This document shows positions 25,189 to 37,954 of a stretch of DNA of 64,000 bases, piece by piece. Made by a program: the position numbers and the translations under genes. Position 1 is the first letter of the stretch. Each line of letters starts with the position of its first letter. This stretch comes from Pseudovirgaria hyperparasitica (lineage: Eukaryota), in assembly GCA_010093815.1 (NCBI GenBank), contig ML996567.1. One strand, given 5' to 3'. The notes under the pieces are model-generated. The model worked only from the letters and a program-made list of their open reading frames with translations. It was not told the DNA's origin and ran no database searches.

Positions 25189-25587
25189 TCATTGGCCTTG
25201 AGCTCGTTTGCTTGCTTCTTGTCGTCGCGGGTTAAAGGTATCCGCGGGATTGTATCTGATATCCATGAGTCTTTTGCTTCTAAGTCAAGGGAGAAGAGTA
25301 TACTTGAGGAGCTTTTCAATGAGATCAACATGGGTCATGACCATGCGCCTGCAACAATACCGGTTCAGACCAAGCTGATCCATGGCATCTCTGCAAGCTT
25401 ATGAGCTTTGTCTTATGAGTTTCTGAGCATATAGCCTTACCCATCAGGACTTCCATCATCTAGTAGTGCGAGGTAACGGTCCCAGAGGTCAGCAATGACC
25501 TTACACATTCGTTAGAATCGCAATCATTTCAGTGCTTATATCGAATTGTACCTTTCCACAAGAGAAGCACCTGATCGGAATAATCAT
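25189..25587 (-). CDS. RPB10: RNA polymerase I/II/III common subunit RPABC5, 4 exons
   Basis: [64 protein letters not shown]...*. Confidence 0.95.
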
Positions 25588-25874
25588 GTTGAGATGGGCT
25601 TCGGCGAAAATCGTAATCAAATATCCCAGGATATCGCACAGAGAGGAGAATCGTACAGTGTGGCAGACGATAGTGGCAGACTTTACTGCGAGTCGCAAAT
25701 GATTAGCAAGTATTAATTAGTAGTCGGCGCGTTGAAGTTCGAACAGCTAGCCGCTAGCGTCGAAAACGCTCGGTCCTCCAACCATAAAAAATATAGACGC
25801 TTAGGTAAAAAGCGTTCAAGATTCACGCGAGCTCTTCAACTTACCACGTTGATGTCTCAGTCAGACTAAGAACG

Positions 25875-28800
25875 ATGTCCACGGACCCGAAGACAGATAC
25901 CAAGAAGAGGAAGCGCCCAGTGCAAGACAACATGAATAAAGATTCCCCAAGACAAACGAAGAAGTCCAAGAAAGCTCTCGCAAATGGAACATGGGCGGGT
26001 AAAGCCTCTACACCTAAGCAAGACGGTACCCATTTGAAGGCGGAAGTGGCAACACCTGTTTTAAATGGGCAGGTGAATGTAGGAGGAAACCCTCAGAAGA
26101 TTGCGAAGAAGCACAAGACACCTGGGCCGAATGGGGTAACAGAAACGAAGGCTGAAGAACCCGACTATTATAACACGCGCGATAATTCAATACAAGATCC
26201 ATGGATTGACACAGACGATGTTTCGAAAAGAGCTTTACAGATGAAGACAACACAGCGAAGAGCGAGTGGCCAATGGGCTTCTGGGGAAAATGTTGTCGCA
26301 CGAACAGACACTTTGCAAAGCCAGACAATTGCTCCAAGAGAAAGCTGGAAACTGTCCAAATCAATAGGAGGACGATTCCTTGACCGTCCTCCAATATTCT
26401 CAGCTGATGAAAAGTTGGTGGACCGCTCCAAGATTCTTACTATACTAATAAGCTCAGGTATTTGATTCTAGCGAACGCGCGCGAGGTTCATGTCTACGAG
26501 ACTTCAACTTCACTCCTTACAAGGAGAATCCAAGTCTCCGGTACAAAATCGATTTCTTCATTGGTGCTATCACAGCTGAATCCAGAGAACCTATACGTCG
26601 CCACGCTTGCAGGCCATATATCTCTATGGCATTGGCCGTCCGGCACCATTGTTCAAGAAATACACCGCGAGTACTCCATCATAAATCTCTCGATATCCAG
26701 CGGTAATGCTTCCGGTGGCGAGACTATATACACTGTTGAAGATCCAAAACAGGCAAAGTCTGACTACGAAATCTCTGCTCACAGGTTAAGCGACCGTAAC
26801 GATGTCTCATCTACTATGGTACGGACAACGCCAAAAGTACCTAACATGGTCAAAGCACTTTCAGGCGGTAATGTTCTTTTCGTAAGCTTTGGAAATGTGT
26901 TTAGTGTGGGAGAAATAGAGAAAGGAACTTCTAAAGGCGTTCCATCAACGTACACGTGGAGGGAAATAGAGACACCCTCGAACATAACATGCTTTGACGT
27001 TTTTGCCAGCTCGTTGAGCTCATTAGACCAAGGAAGTTCAAACATGGCGCAATCCCAGGCGCAGATTGATGTAGCCTTTGGTCTTGAGGATGGAAGAATC
27101 TTCGTACATGAGGACTTACCGTCAAAGTTAGCTGCTTTCGATACTCACAGGAACAAGAATCGAGTGGAGCCTCGTATTCTTCATTGGCACAGAAGAGCCG
27201 TCGGTTCCTTAACTTGGTCTGCAGACGGTAAGTATCATGTTGTCAGTGGCAAAAGTATTATGCTCATTTCTTTGATAGGTCTGTACCTTATCTCCGGAGG
27301 TCAAGAAACAGTTCTTTGTCTTTGGAACGTTGACAATGCGAAAAGGAGCGAGCTACCGCATCTCGTCGCGCCTATACAGCAGATTGTTATCTCCCCTAGA
27401 AGTTCTAGCTACGCCATCTCCCTAGGAGACAATTCGGTCATTGTGCTCTCGACTGCTGACCTAAAGGCGACCACAAACATCGCCGGTCTTCAGGCCCAGT
27501 TTGCCCGGTCAGACGCACGATCGGGCGGCAAGCCATTCCTACTCGATCCAAGTAAGCCCAATCAAGCGCTATTTGCTGTTCCTGCTTCAATGAACACATC
27601 ATCGTGTCCATATATCCAGAGATTCGACATATCAACAGGCCGCCATATCATGAGGCAAGCTGTCGCCCGGAGTAATGCAACGTCATCAATGGACACACCA
27701 GGTGCAAAGCTTGTGGAGGAACCCAATGTGACCCTAATGCAACTCAGCTGTGATGGCATGTTCATGGCGACTCTGGAAGAGTGGGCGCCTCCAGTGGACG
27801 ACTTGAAGCACGTAGTGAATGGCACAACCAAGAATGAGGAGAGAGATGCTCGCAGAGAGATTCACCTCAAGTTCTGGAGAGTAGACGAGTCAAGCGGCTC
27901 TTGGAGGCTCATCACGAGAATCGAAGCGCCGCATATTCTCGAAGACGGGTATACATCCGGGGAAGTGTTTGCTATGGTTTCAAATCCCCAAGAAGTCGGC
28001 TTTGCTACGCTTGGAGAAGACGGGAATGTCAAGATCTGGACACCGAAAAGGAAGAACCAGGATGGTAGTCTGGTACGCAGCGCTTCGGGTGAGGCTGTAT
28101 TTTGGTCCTCAAGATATTCAGTCGCGCTGGAACGGAATGTTCATCAGCTTGAAGATTACGCGAAAGCTGGTCGTGAAGCCAGCAATGCATCCCTAGCATA
28201 TTCATCAGATGGTTCACTCCTTGCTGCGACCTTGGACGTACCTAACGGACCCTGCAACGGCCTTGTTCACATGATCAGCGCTGAGACAGGCAGAAATACG
28301 ACGTCTCTCCCGGGTTTATATGCACAAGATCTGATATCTATCGGCATACTTCAGCGCTACTTGGTTGTCCTGTCCGAGTCGCTCACTGTTTGGGATATGG
28401 TGAATGATGAGCTTGTATTCTCTCGTGGTCAAGACATAAACCTGAAGAAACACTTTGCCACGAATCCTATCGATATGACGTTCGCAGTATCATACTCAGG
28501 CGTTGACTGGGATTTAGGAAGGGATATCAGCAGAGTTTCGATATTCGCGGTCAACAATTGCGAGCCACTCGACTCGGTGGAGGTTCCCAACATGCCCATC
28601 TCCTTACAGGCTACGCCTGGATCCAACGGTTATGCTCTGCTGGACCACAAGGCTGAGATACGCATTATCAGCGCCGCATCTGCCACAAGCATAACGGTTT
28701 ATGACGAGCTGGCAGCGATGCCTGAGGCGGGAAGTGGAGAGGTCGATGCTGCAGAGATTGAAGACGAAGAGGACGAAGAGATGGTGGAGGAAGACGAACT

Positions 28801-28990
28801 TGAAAATGCGGGGGATAATGATCTAGATGAGCTGGAGGATGAGGAGAATGACAAGCCGATAGTTCGCCAGCAGCAGTTGGCAGACATTTTTGACGTCGGC
28901 CCATCATACGCGCTTCCTCCGGTCAAAGATATGTTCAAGGCTATCACGAGTCTGTATGCTAGGAAGCCTACCGCGCAAGCTTTGTCGTAG
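25875..28990 (+). CDS. NAN1: WD40-repeat SSU processome t-UTP subunit (NAN1/Utp17/WDR75), 3 exons
   Basis: WKLSKSIGGRFLDRPPIFSADEK, LHWHRRAVGSLTWSADG, YLISGGQETVLCLW, LPHL, LKFW, acidic C-terminus and LPPVKDMF. Introns near 26414-26457 and 27228-27279. Confidence 0.85.
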
Positions 28991-29132
28991 GACGACGAAA
29001 TCAGAAAAAAGAGCCTCGCGGGCAGTACAAAATCTATTCAGGAATATCTGACTCGCCACAGTCGCTGTTCTCGCCAGCCGGGCCAGTACTCATCTAAAGT
29101 CGCTCATAATATAATGCCAGCACGAACTGTCG

Positions 29133-29587
29133 TCATGTCCGCAACCCTACTCCGAGGACTGACTGGACTAGATTGTTCGACATGGTGCACGACCCAGTCG
29201 CACGCTTTCTAAAAATACACTGCACGCACTTTCCGTGCATCGGCGACCTTCTCTGACCATCAAGCACAGATTGATCGATACCGGCTTCGAGAGAAAAAGC
29301 TGGTGACCGAGGATCTTCGTTCAGGCCGGCCACGCCGCGGGCTGAGTCGAGCACGGATGTCCTTGGACACTGTGGAGAGCGACGATACTACAGAAATCAG
29401 CGATCCGGGAAACAAAATGCCTCACAGGGTGGTGGAACGCACTCAAGCTTTGTCTCCTAGTTGTCATCAACCTCCCTCTCGACTGAAGCGATTCGTACGA
29501 GGAGCATCTCATCAGGAGCGCCGGCTCGCTATCGTCGAAGTCAAAGTATTGCGTTGGAGACTGGGGCATGACAGGCGTTGCGTTCAT
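29133..29587 (-). CDS. Small hypothetical protein (about 138 aa, 2 exons)
   Basis: ORF 29587 joins ORF 29354-29133 in frame through a short GTGAGG...CTGAT...TAG intron (~29388-29425), giving ...LSAFHHP|YRRSPQCPR. A TATA-like tract lies ~25-35 nt upstream. Confidence 0.45.
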
Positions 29588-30508
29588 CTTGAGCAGGTGT
29601 CTTTTTGGTATAGATATATATTTTATCGCAACGAGGCGTTATCGAAAAGGTGGCTGTTGTAGAGGTTGGTTTGGGCGCGAGGTATCTTATGTATCTTATC
29701 GATGCAATGTTCTCCAGCCCGTCGGTGCCTCCTATATATACACTCCCACCTTGACATTGTTCATGACATTGAGTGACTCAAGCCTTTGGTCGTATGCCGC
29801 ATCCTGGACTGCTTTGCTTACTCTGTTCTCTCGGTCGGGCGCGTATGAAATCGACTGGGTACAAGCATTGGACGACCTCTGCCGAGCGCGTCTGGGGGCC
29901 CTGAGGGGAAGGGCGGGCGTTTAGAGGTCGCGGCCTTGGTCAAACGAGCACGCCTCACAACGTGACGTACGCAGTAGCGTCTCGAGATGCTATTGATCGA
30001 TTCCACATTCTTGGATCAAGGGATATGTTTCGCTACGATGCGTGGAAAAAAGTCAACAGGTAGCCGCTGGGAGAGCGTTTGGGGTTGCTTGCTTGTCGGC
30101 CAATCAAGACCAACGAACGCGGGCGCTAACAGAAACCACTGAGGAAACAGGACAGGACAGAGCACAGGAAACGCAAATACGTACAGTACATGCAACAAGT
30201 ATATTGAATGATACGTGATACATGCCAGCTGAGCCAAACTGGACGGGGTATCAACGATGGTGCTCACTTAATCTAAGCTAATATAACAGGAGGACCAGAG
30301 AGCTCTGCTCAAGTCTGTCCAAGCGAAAGCTTCATAGTATGTTATAAAAGGAAAAGTCCTTTTCTCACAACGAGTGCTGATCATATCTTTGTAGATGCCA
30401 TAATCCTCCTCCCGAGGTCGCCCTTTGCGGACGTCTCTCTGCACAATTTTCGCCCAATCTTAGCCGTCATCACCACAAGTCCTACTCTCCTCCACGAGTC
30501 TATGCTTC

Positions 30509-31792
30509 TCAGCCCGCCAGAGGCGCAACCCGCGCACCCATCCGCTGAATCGGCAGTTCCTCCGGGATCGTTCTCTCCACTTCGGGCGCCTTCACCGGCA
30601 GTCGGCTCGCCATGTTATCCGGGACCAACTCCGGCGTGACCGGCCTCTTCGGCATGACCACCGGCGGCAACAAGAACGCATCAGCTTTAGCTCCAATACC
30701 ACCAACAGGGCCACCTGCCGGACTCGTCTTCGGACTAGACAGCTCCTCGACAATAGCCGCACGCTTGACACCGGTACGCAGCTCGGAGCTAAGCCGCTGA
30801 CCAAACCCGCACTCATTAGCCACCGCCTCAATGCTGCGGAAGTACTTGACCGTCTTGACCTGCAGCTCGAGCGTGGCGTCATCATCAACGACAATGAGCG
30901 GATGCGGATGCAGCTGCAGACAGGACAGCGTCCACATATGATTGACGCCGCCCTCGATGCAGCGCTGCAGCGCAGCCGCCTTGTGCGCGCCCGTAATCGC
31001 AATGACGACCTCGCGCGCCTCCAGCACGGTGCCGACGCCGACGGTCAGCGCCATGCGCGGCACCAGCGCCAGATCGTGGCCGAAGAAGCGGCTGTTGGCC
31101 AGGATGGTGTCGTAGGCGAGCGTCTTGACGCGGGTGCGCGAGGCGAGCGAGGAGCCCGGCTCGTTGAAGGCGATGTGGCCGTCCGGCCCGATGCCGCCGA
31201 GGAAGAGCTCGATGCCGCCGGCCAGCCGGATCTTTTCCTCGTAGGCGATGCATTCGGCTTCGAGGTCGGGGGCGTTGCCGTTGAGGATGTGGATGGAGGC
31301 TGGGGGGATGTCGACGTGCGAGAAGAAGTGCTTGTACATGAAGGAGTGGTAGGATTCTGGGTGGTCGCGCGGGATGCCGACGTATTCGTCCTGGGATGGT
31401 TAGGAAGCGGGGGAGGTTGATAGGGGAGGATACGGACGAACCATGTTGAAGGTGACTACATTGCGGAAGGAGATGTCGCCAGCCTTGTGCCGTGCGACGA
31501 GGCTCTTGTATATCAAGATCGGGCTGCTGCCGGTGGGTAGGCCGAGCACGAAGGGTTTCTGGGGTGTGGGCTCGAAAGTGAGGATACGCTCTGGGAGATG
31601 GTCAGTCTGGTGTACAGCCGTACGGATCTTTGAAGCGGACGCATACCGATGATGTAATCGGCAATATACTTCGCGACCGTTTCTGGTTCTTCGCGGATGA
31701 TGAGCCTCCTAAGGCGAGCCGGCTGATTAGTCCATGTCTCGGAATGGAAGAGGTAAACTATTGAATTGATAGGAAGTGGCTTATGCATACAT
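30509..31792 (-). CDS. NAG1: Glucosamine-6-phosphate deaminase/isomerase, 4 exons, start codon split by intron 1
   Basis: [77 protein letters not shown]. Confidence 0.96.
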
Positions 31793-32447
31793 TTTGGAAT
31801 AGATTACGACAGATGCTGGAAGACTAGGTGTCGATTTGGCGAAGGTGGTGCGGAAACTCTGGTAGAACGATGCTCTCTGGCAGCCGTGGAATGGATTTAT
31901 TATCTACATGGGAGGACTGGATCTGATGTCACAGTATCCAGGTCAGAGGCGAGCATACTGGACATGAGTTCACGTCCAGAACGTAAGGGAATGGTGGGTG
32001 GTGGCATCATGGTGTTGCGAGGCAAAGCACCACTGTACCATCAACAAGTCGTTCTGGGTACACTGAAGCTGGTTCTAGGGTAGGACAAGAGAGGTAAGGT
32101 TCAAGCTGGATGCCACTCCGTTCGAACTGTCAGCCTTGTCACTTAACAAGGGTATGAAATATCATGTTGCGGCACGGGTAGAGTCGGTAGATGGTGCATT
32201 GCATGGGTGGGTGATTGGGTGGTGAGGGCGACTACAGGAGAGAGTGGAAGTCATGGATGGAAGTGCAACGTGAAAAGATAGGCGGTGTCACAGCAGGAAG
32301 ATGGAGAGGTGAAGGGAGGGTGTAGATAGATGGATAGATAGATCAAAGGGTTACATTTGCGATGATAGCTGGCAGCGTGATGGCGAAGGATGGTAAGGGG
32401 GTGAGGGTGGAGCGGGTGAGGCTTTAAGGTCGTTCAGTGTGGGGTTG

Positions 32448-32497
32448 TTTGTGGTGGTTGTGGTCCGCTGTGTGGTCGCTTTGTGGCGCTTTGTGGC
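32448..32497 (-). promoter_or_regulatory. Tandem Ndt80-type (MSE-like CRCAAA) sites in the NAG1/NGT1 divergent promoter
   Basis: TTTGTGGC at 32480-32487 and 32490-32497 (GCCACAAA on minus, 10-bp spacing), TTTGTGGT at 32448-32455, and a degenerate copy between them. Confidence 0.6.
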
Positions 32498-33507
32498 AGC
32501 GGGTGGAGAGGGAAAGGCAGCCCGTTTTTGGGGGAGGAGGAGCCCACTGTCGGGGGAGGAGGAGCCCATTTTCGGGGGCAGCTGGCAGCCCGTAGCAGCC
32601 CGGAGCAGCCTATACTACCTTTTGTCTACTACCTACTACCTACCACCTATCCACTACCCATCATCCACACCCATTATGCCGCCTCTGGACTGCCGCTATC
32701 CCGCCCGTCGTCGCAGGGGTTTTGTTGGTTGCTGTTGTTAACAATCATCTTACTGGGCGGCCTTGATCACACTGATGCAGCTATTATCTATCTGATCGAG
32801 AAACCAATTACTGCAGGGTTGCAGCCGGGTTGCACTGGTGACTCCGGCTTCTGTACGCCACAACACCACCAAATAGTCACCGTCTGCGCTTTTGGACCCT
32901 TGGATCTCCCTCTGACCTGAGGTTTTGCCGTCTTCGGCTTTGGCGGCTTGTCAAAATCACTATTGTTACTATTGTTACTCTTGTCTTTTGCTTGAGAAGC
33001 GTGCACTAAGCAGTTGATCATAGCTTTGTCCAATCATTCCGACACTCCAATAAACTCCCTGCAACTCTAAAACTTAATAGCTATCTATCTGTGGATCATG
33101 TCGCGTGCCTCATTGGAACGTCTTTTCCGTATTCCCAGCTCTTACGGCTGAAAAAAGAGATACACCACATACTCACACGCGCCCCATTGCCGGCACTACT
33201 TATGCATCTCTGTACCCCATCTTCCTTCTACGCCGCTTCTCTCTCCTCTTCACTGCTTCTCCTCCTCCAAGGAGACCTTCAATCCAGTCTTCTTCTTCGG
33301 CCGACCCTTCACTAGCCTGTCGCCATCACCGGCGCGAACCTGGACCTTCATCTATCTCAGGTTTCAACTCCCCACTTTGCTAATCCTTCGCCTCCTCGAA
33401 CATCTACAAGACTGCCCAGCCTTGCGCTCGTCTCTAGAGTCTTCTGAGAACCTCTCCTCTCTTATACAACTTCCTCCAACCCACCGCCTAATCCATCATA
33501 TAACACC

Positions 33508-35104
33508 ATGGCCGAGAAGACCGCCACTGGCGAGGTCTCGTCCCGCAACTCTCAAAGCCTCTCTGCTGAAGAGCAAGGTGCCGTGAACCGTCCGACAACA
33601 TGGATGTACAAGAAAATCAGAATCGGTTCCTGGACCGCTCCCTACTACGCCTCGCCATCCGTCCAGCTTGTCATCGTATCCTTTGTCTGTTTCTTGTGCC
33701 CGGGCATGTTCAACGCCCTGAGTGGAATGGGTGGCGGTGGTCAAGTCGACCCTGACGCAGCCAACAAGGCCAATATCGCGCTGTATTCCACATTCGCTGG
33801 TGTCGGCTTCTTCGCCGGAACAATCACAAACACCGTTGGTATCAAGGCTGCTCTCGCGTTTGGCGGTCTTGGTTACAGCATCTATGTGGCGTCCTTCCTC
33901 TCCTTCAGCCATACTCAGAACTACGGCTTTTCCATCTTTGCTGGTGCTTTCCTCGGTGTCTGTGCTGGTCTGCTCTGGTGTGCGCAGGGTGCGATCATGA
34001 TGTCCTACCCTGATGAGAAGAACAAGGGCAAATTCATCTCATGGTTCTGGATGATCTTCAACATGGGCGCTGTTATTGGCGGTCTGATTCCTCTCGGCCA
34101 GAACATCAACACGACGACCGCCAGCACCGTCACTGACGGCACCTACATTGGTTTCCTTGTCCTGACTTTGCTCGGCGCTGCGCTTGCCTTTACTCTCGTC
34201 AAGGCCAAGAATGTCATTCGCGATGATGGCTCCAAGGTTATTCTGATGAAGAGCCCCTCCTGGAAGACTGAACTCTTGGGCCTCTTCGAGACGTTCAAGA
34301 CCGATCCGTACATTCTAGCGCTATTCCCCATGTTCTTCGCCTCCAACTGGTTCTACGCCTACCACTTCAACGACATTAACGGTGCCCGCTTCAACACCCG
34401 TACTCGTGCGCTGAACAGTGTTCTGTACTATCTCATGCAGATTGTCGGTTCGTACCTTTTCGGATATGCTCTCGATATCCAGCACTTCCGCCGTACCACT
34501 CGTGCCTGGGGAGGCTGGGTCGCTCTGATGGCCTGTACCTTTGCTATCTGGGGCGGTGGTCTCCCGTTCGCGCGAACCTATAACCGTGCTGATATTGCCG
34601 CTGCAATCAAAGCTCAGGACGAAGGCGTGGTCGTCCCACAGAGTGCACTGATCCTGGACTGGGAATCCAGCAACTACGGCGGTCCGCTTGTCCTGTACAT
34701 GTTCTACGGATTCTACGACGCTGCATTCCAAACATATGCGTACTGGTGAGTAGTATCTTGGGGTTCTGGGCGTTTGAGACGAGTTACTGACAAGAGGACA
34801 CAGGTTCATGGGCTCCCTGACCAACAACGGCCGCAAACTCGCCAACTTTGCCGGGTTCTACAAGGGCATCCAGTCTGCTGGCGGTGCGGTCATGTGGTCG
34901 CTGGACAACAACCACACGCCTTACATCAACATGTTTGCCTCCTGCTGGGCTCTCCTCGCCGGCTCCCTCCTCTGCGTCGCGCCGGTCCTGCACTTCAAGG
35001 TCAAGGACACCGTCTCCCTGGAGGAGGATCTCAAGTTCACCGACGAGTCCTTTGAGGACGTCGCGCCGACCTCGGCGATCAAGGCCGTCCAGGCCGAGAA
35101 GTAG
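33508..35104 (+). CDS. NGT1: N-acetylglucosamine transporter (MFS, UNC-93-like), 2 exons
   Basis: QLVIVSFVCFLCPGMFNALSGMGGGG, GLLWCAQGAIMMSYP, FPMFFASNWFY, FNTRTRALN, ANFAGFYKGIQSAG. Multiple hydrophobic helices, and located inside the GlcNAc cluster. Confidence 0.92.
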
Positions 35105-35581
35105 GGGCGGCTGTCTTGGTTTCGGGGCGTTGTGAGAGTGAAAGCGATTTCTGCACTTTATATACACATCTATATGAGCACTTTGTACATGATTCTTTTC
35201 TGGCGCAATACCCTCCTCCTCTGGCCAATCAATGCTTAGAGTTTCGATCGCGGGCCAAGGAACAAGGGACAAGGGCAAGCAGCAGCGGTAGTAGTTTATG
35301 ACGAGTGTCACGAGATTTCTGAATGAGAGTTATGGCTCTGGTTAAATAATGCACGAAGCTCTGATGTGTGAATCGTGTTGGTCTGCTTGGTGAAGGCATC
35401 ACAGTGGAGTGCTATCCATGCCATGATGGTACATAATTTGTTACAAGGTAGGTACCTGATATACCGCACGCGCCAAGCTCATGGAGGTAATAATATCCAT
35501 CTGCATCTAACAAGGACTAGTAATTAGCGCAACGGGCGTGACAGCCGGTTGGTCCCTCGTGGAACTGTGGCCATGAGTACC

Positions 35582-36464
35582 GTTTGTTGTTGTTGTTGTT
35601 GTGGTGGTGGTAGAAACAAAGGCGTGTGAGAAGTAGATGAACGATACGGGCTGCTAGGTGTGGGTGGGTGAGGTAGGTAGTAGGTAGGTAGCAATGCAGC
35701 TCTGTACATGAGGCCGCCCGGGAGTGATGGATTGTTACTGCAGTCTTGCACGAAACGAAATGAACTGAAACGAATCGGACGAAAGCGAGTCGAGAATGCC
35801 ATCTGCGCGACATTATTCGTCGCGGCAGAAGGCCGAGAACGCGCGCATTCATCATTGTAGTACAGTACAGCATTGTGCGGATGGGAAGATGCGGACGATG
35901 GATAATGTATAGCTGCTGTCAGGATATAGAGCGGCTGGGGTAGATAGATCGATTTATGAGGTTCAAGGTTCAAGGTCAAGGTCAAGGCATGTAAATATCT
36001 CTCGTTCAGTATTAATTAGGTCTTGGAGGTCTTGTATTAGGATGATCAATCAATAGCATAATTAACATAACCTTACAGGTAAGCTCAAGCGGGCGTTCCT
36101 GACAAGAGGAAGCTTGGACCAGGCGTAGGGATGGGATCGGGATTCGATGGAGTAGTAGTGTAAGTGTTAAATGAAGTCCGCACCACAGCATCGTTGGTAT
36201 GACATGGCATGGTTACACCGAGAATCGGAGAAGGCGAGAGAGGGAGCATTTGGCAGTTCACACACACATGTCATGTCTCGGAGATGTTGTTGTTGTCGTT
36301 GTTGTCCTTGTTGTTGTTGTTGTTGTTGTGCCTGGCTGCTTGCTGGCTGCGCTGAGGACGGACGAGACGACAGGAGACAGGTGTGATTAGACGCAGATGC
36401 ATGGGACAGGCATGGAAGAGGCACAGGGTGTTGTAACTGCTTTTGTAAAGAGAGAGAGAGAGAG
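35582..36464. repeat. Microsatellite patches (GTT)n/(GGT)n, (GGTA)n, (CAAGGT)n, (GA)n
   Basis: Visible tracts at ~35582-35610, 35672-35690, 35960-35986, 36285-36328 and 36449-36464. Confidence 0.85.
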
Positions 36465-37954
36465 ATGGATTATTGACTGCAGCTGGTGTATTATGAGTTG
36501 TGAGTGAGTGAGAGTAATTATGTTCCTGGAATGGTGGACGGGCGGGGATAAAGTGTGGCGCATGCATGTATATGCACGTGGGTAGCTGTTGCTTGTTACC
36601 GTTACTGTTAGTGCGATGTATGTTATGTAGTATGTAATTATGTATTACTGTTACTGTACGCGTGCTGTGTATAGGGAGGGACTGTCTCTCTATCTTTACA
36701 AGGACAGAACTAGTATCAACACAAAGAGTTGCGACCAGTATCAGACTAATCACTGTATCATGCATGGCATTGCAGAACTGTAGAGAACTGCTGCACGCAC
36801 AATGGCTGCTGTTGTCGCTGTCGCTGTCGCTGTTCATTGTCGTTTGTGGCTGCAACGCCGCTAAAAGGAGGGCTTTGTAGTAGCATCACACCGTTACAAT
36901 GGATCAATCACCCTCTGCATTCTTCTTCTCTCGCCATTCACACTTCACACTTCATCCCACTAATTCTCAACTATCCCCAATCTTTCCACGTCACACTCTT
37001 CTAATTAACCTTATTACTTTGCCTATCTCACTTCTTCCAACCCTTCCCCCTTAACCTCAATGTTACTTCTCCCCCGTTCCCCCCCCCTCCACCAAGCGAA
37101 TCAGCGAATCAGCATGTAACCTCTACAGCCGGCCGCCTGTTTCGCTCTCGCACGCCTGTCCTATCTCCATGCGAGATGGAAACATTGATTGACAGTTGCT
37201 GATGATGATTGAGGGATCGGGACCAGAAGCAGGATCAGTCCTTGTTACTGTAATACTAGGAGGAGTTCATGCTAATAATGCTAATAATGCTACTACTCCT
37301 GTGATCCTGCTCGGCCCTTGCTTGCTGCTCCAACCGTCACATTCTTGCGACATTTTCCCCCGCCTGATGCAAAATTTCCTCCTCCTCTGTGCTCTCTTCT
37401 CTACTACTCATCTTTGCCCTGCGCCATTCCCACTTACTGCCGACGGATGGAACCTTGCTCTATTACCTATCAATTCACTAATTGCTATTACCTTTTGACT
37501 CTCTCCACTGCCTGCTGCTCCCTTTTCGTCGACTGACAATACCCATTTCGTCTCCAGTTGCTGCTACCTCACCTTTACTGTCAATCCACTCCACCTCCTC
37601 CTCGCCCTCTGCCTTCTTTCTACCACGCCACCCTATCACCATGCCAGCTTTGCTGCCGTAGTTCCACTGTTCCCTCTCTCTCTTCCTATACATTATACAT
37701 CCATTATGCATACCTCCTCTCCTCCTACCTGTCTGCCACCACCACCTGCACTACTTTTCCCCGGCTCTCTCTAAATACTCCTGCTTGCTGCTTCTCCACC
37801 CTCTCCCTCTCCCTCTGACCGCGACCGACCTTGCTGCTCACTCGACTTTTATCCGCTGACCCTGCTGCTTCACGAATCCCTTCACTCTCTCGCCGGCCTG
37901 ACCATTCCTTTACGCATTCAACCACCCCCTAGGACCCCTCTCCAAAACGTATCC

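Noticed and set aside
35517..37925. Many short ORFs with poly-Q/N/C/V runs between NGT1 and HXK1
   Set aside because: Produced by microsatellites; no domain or coherent splice structure.
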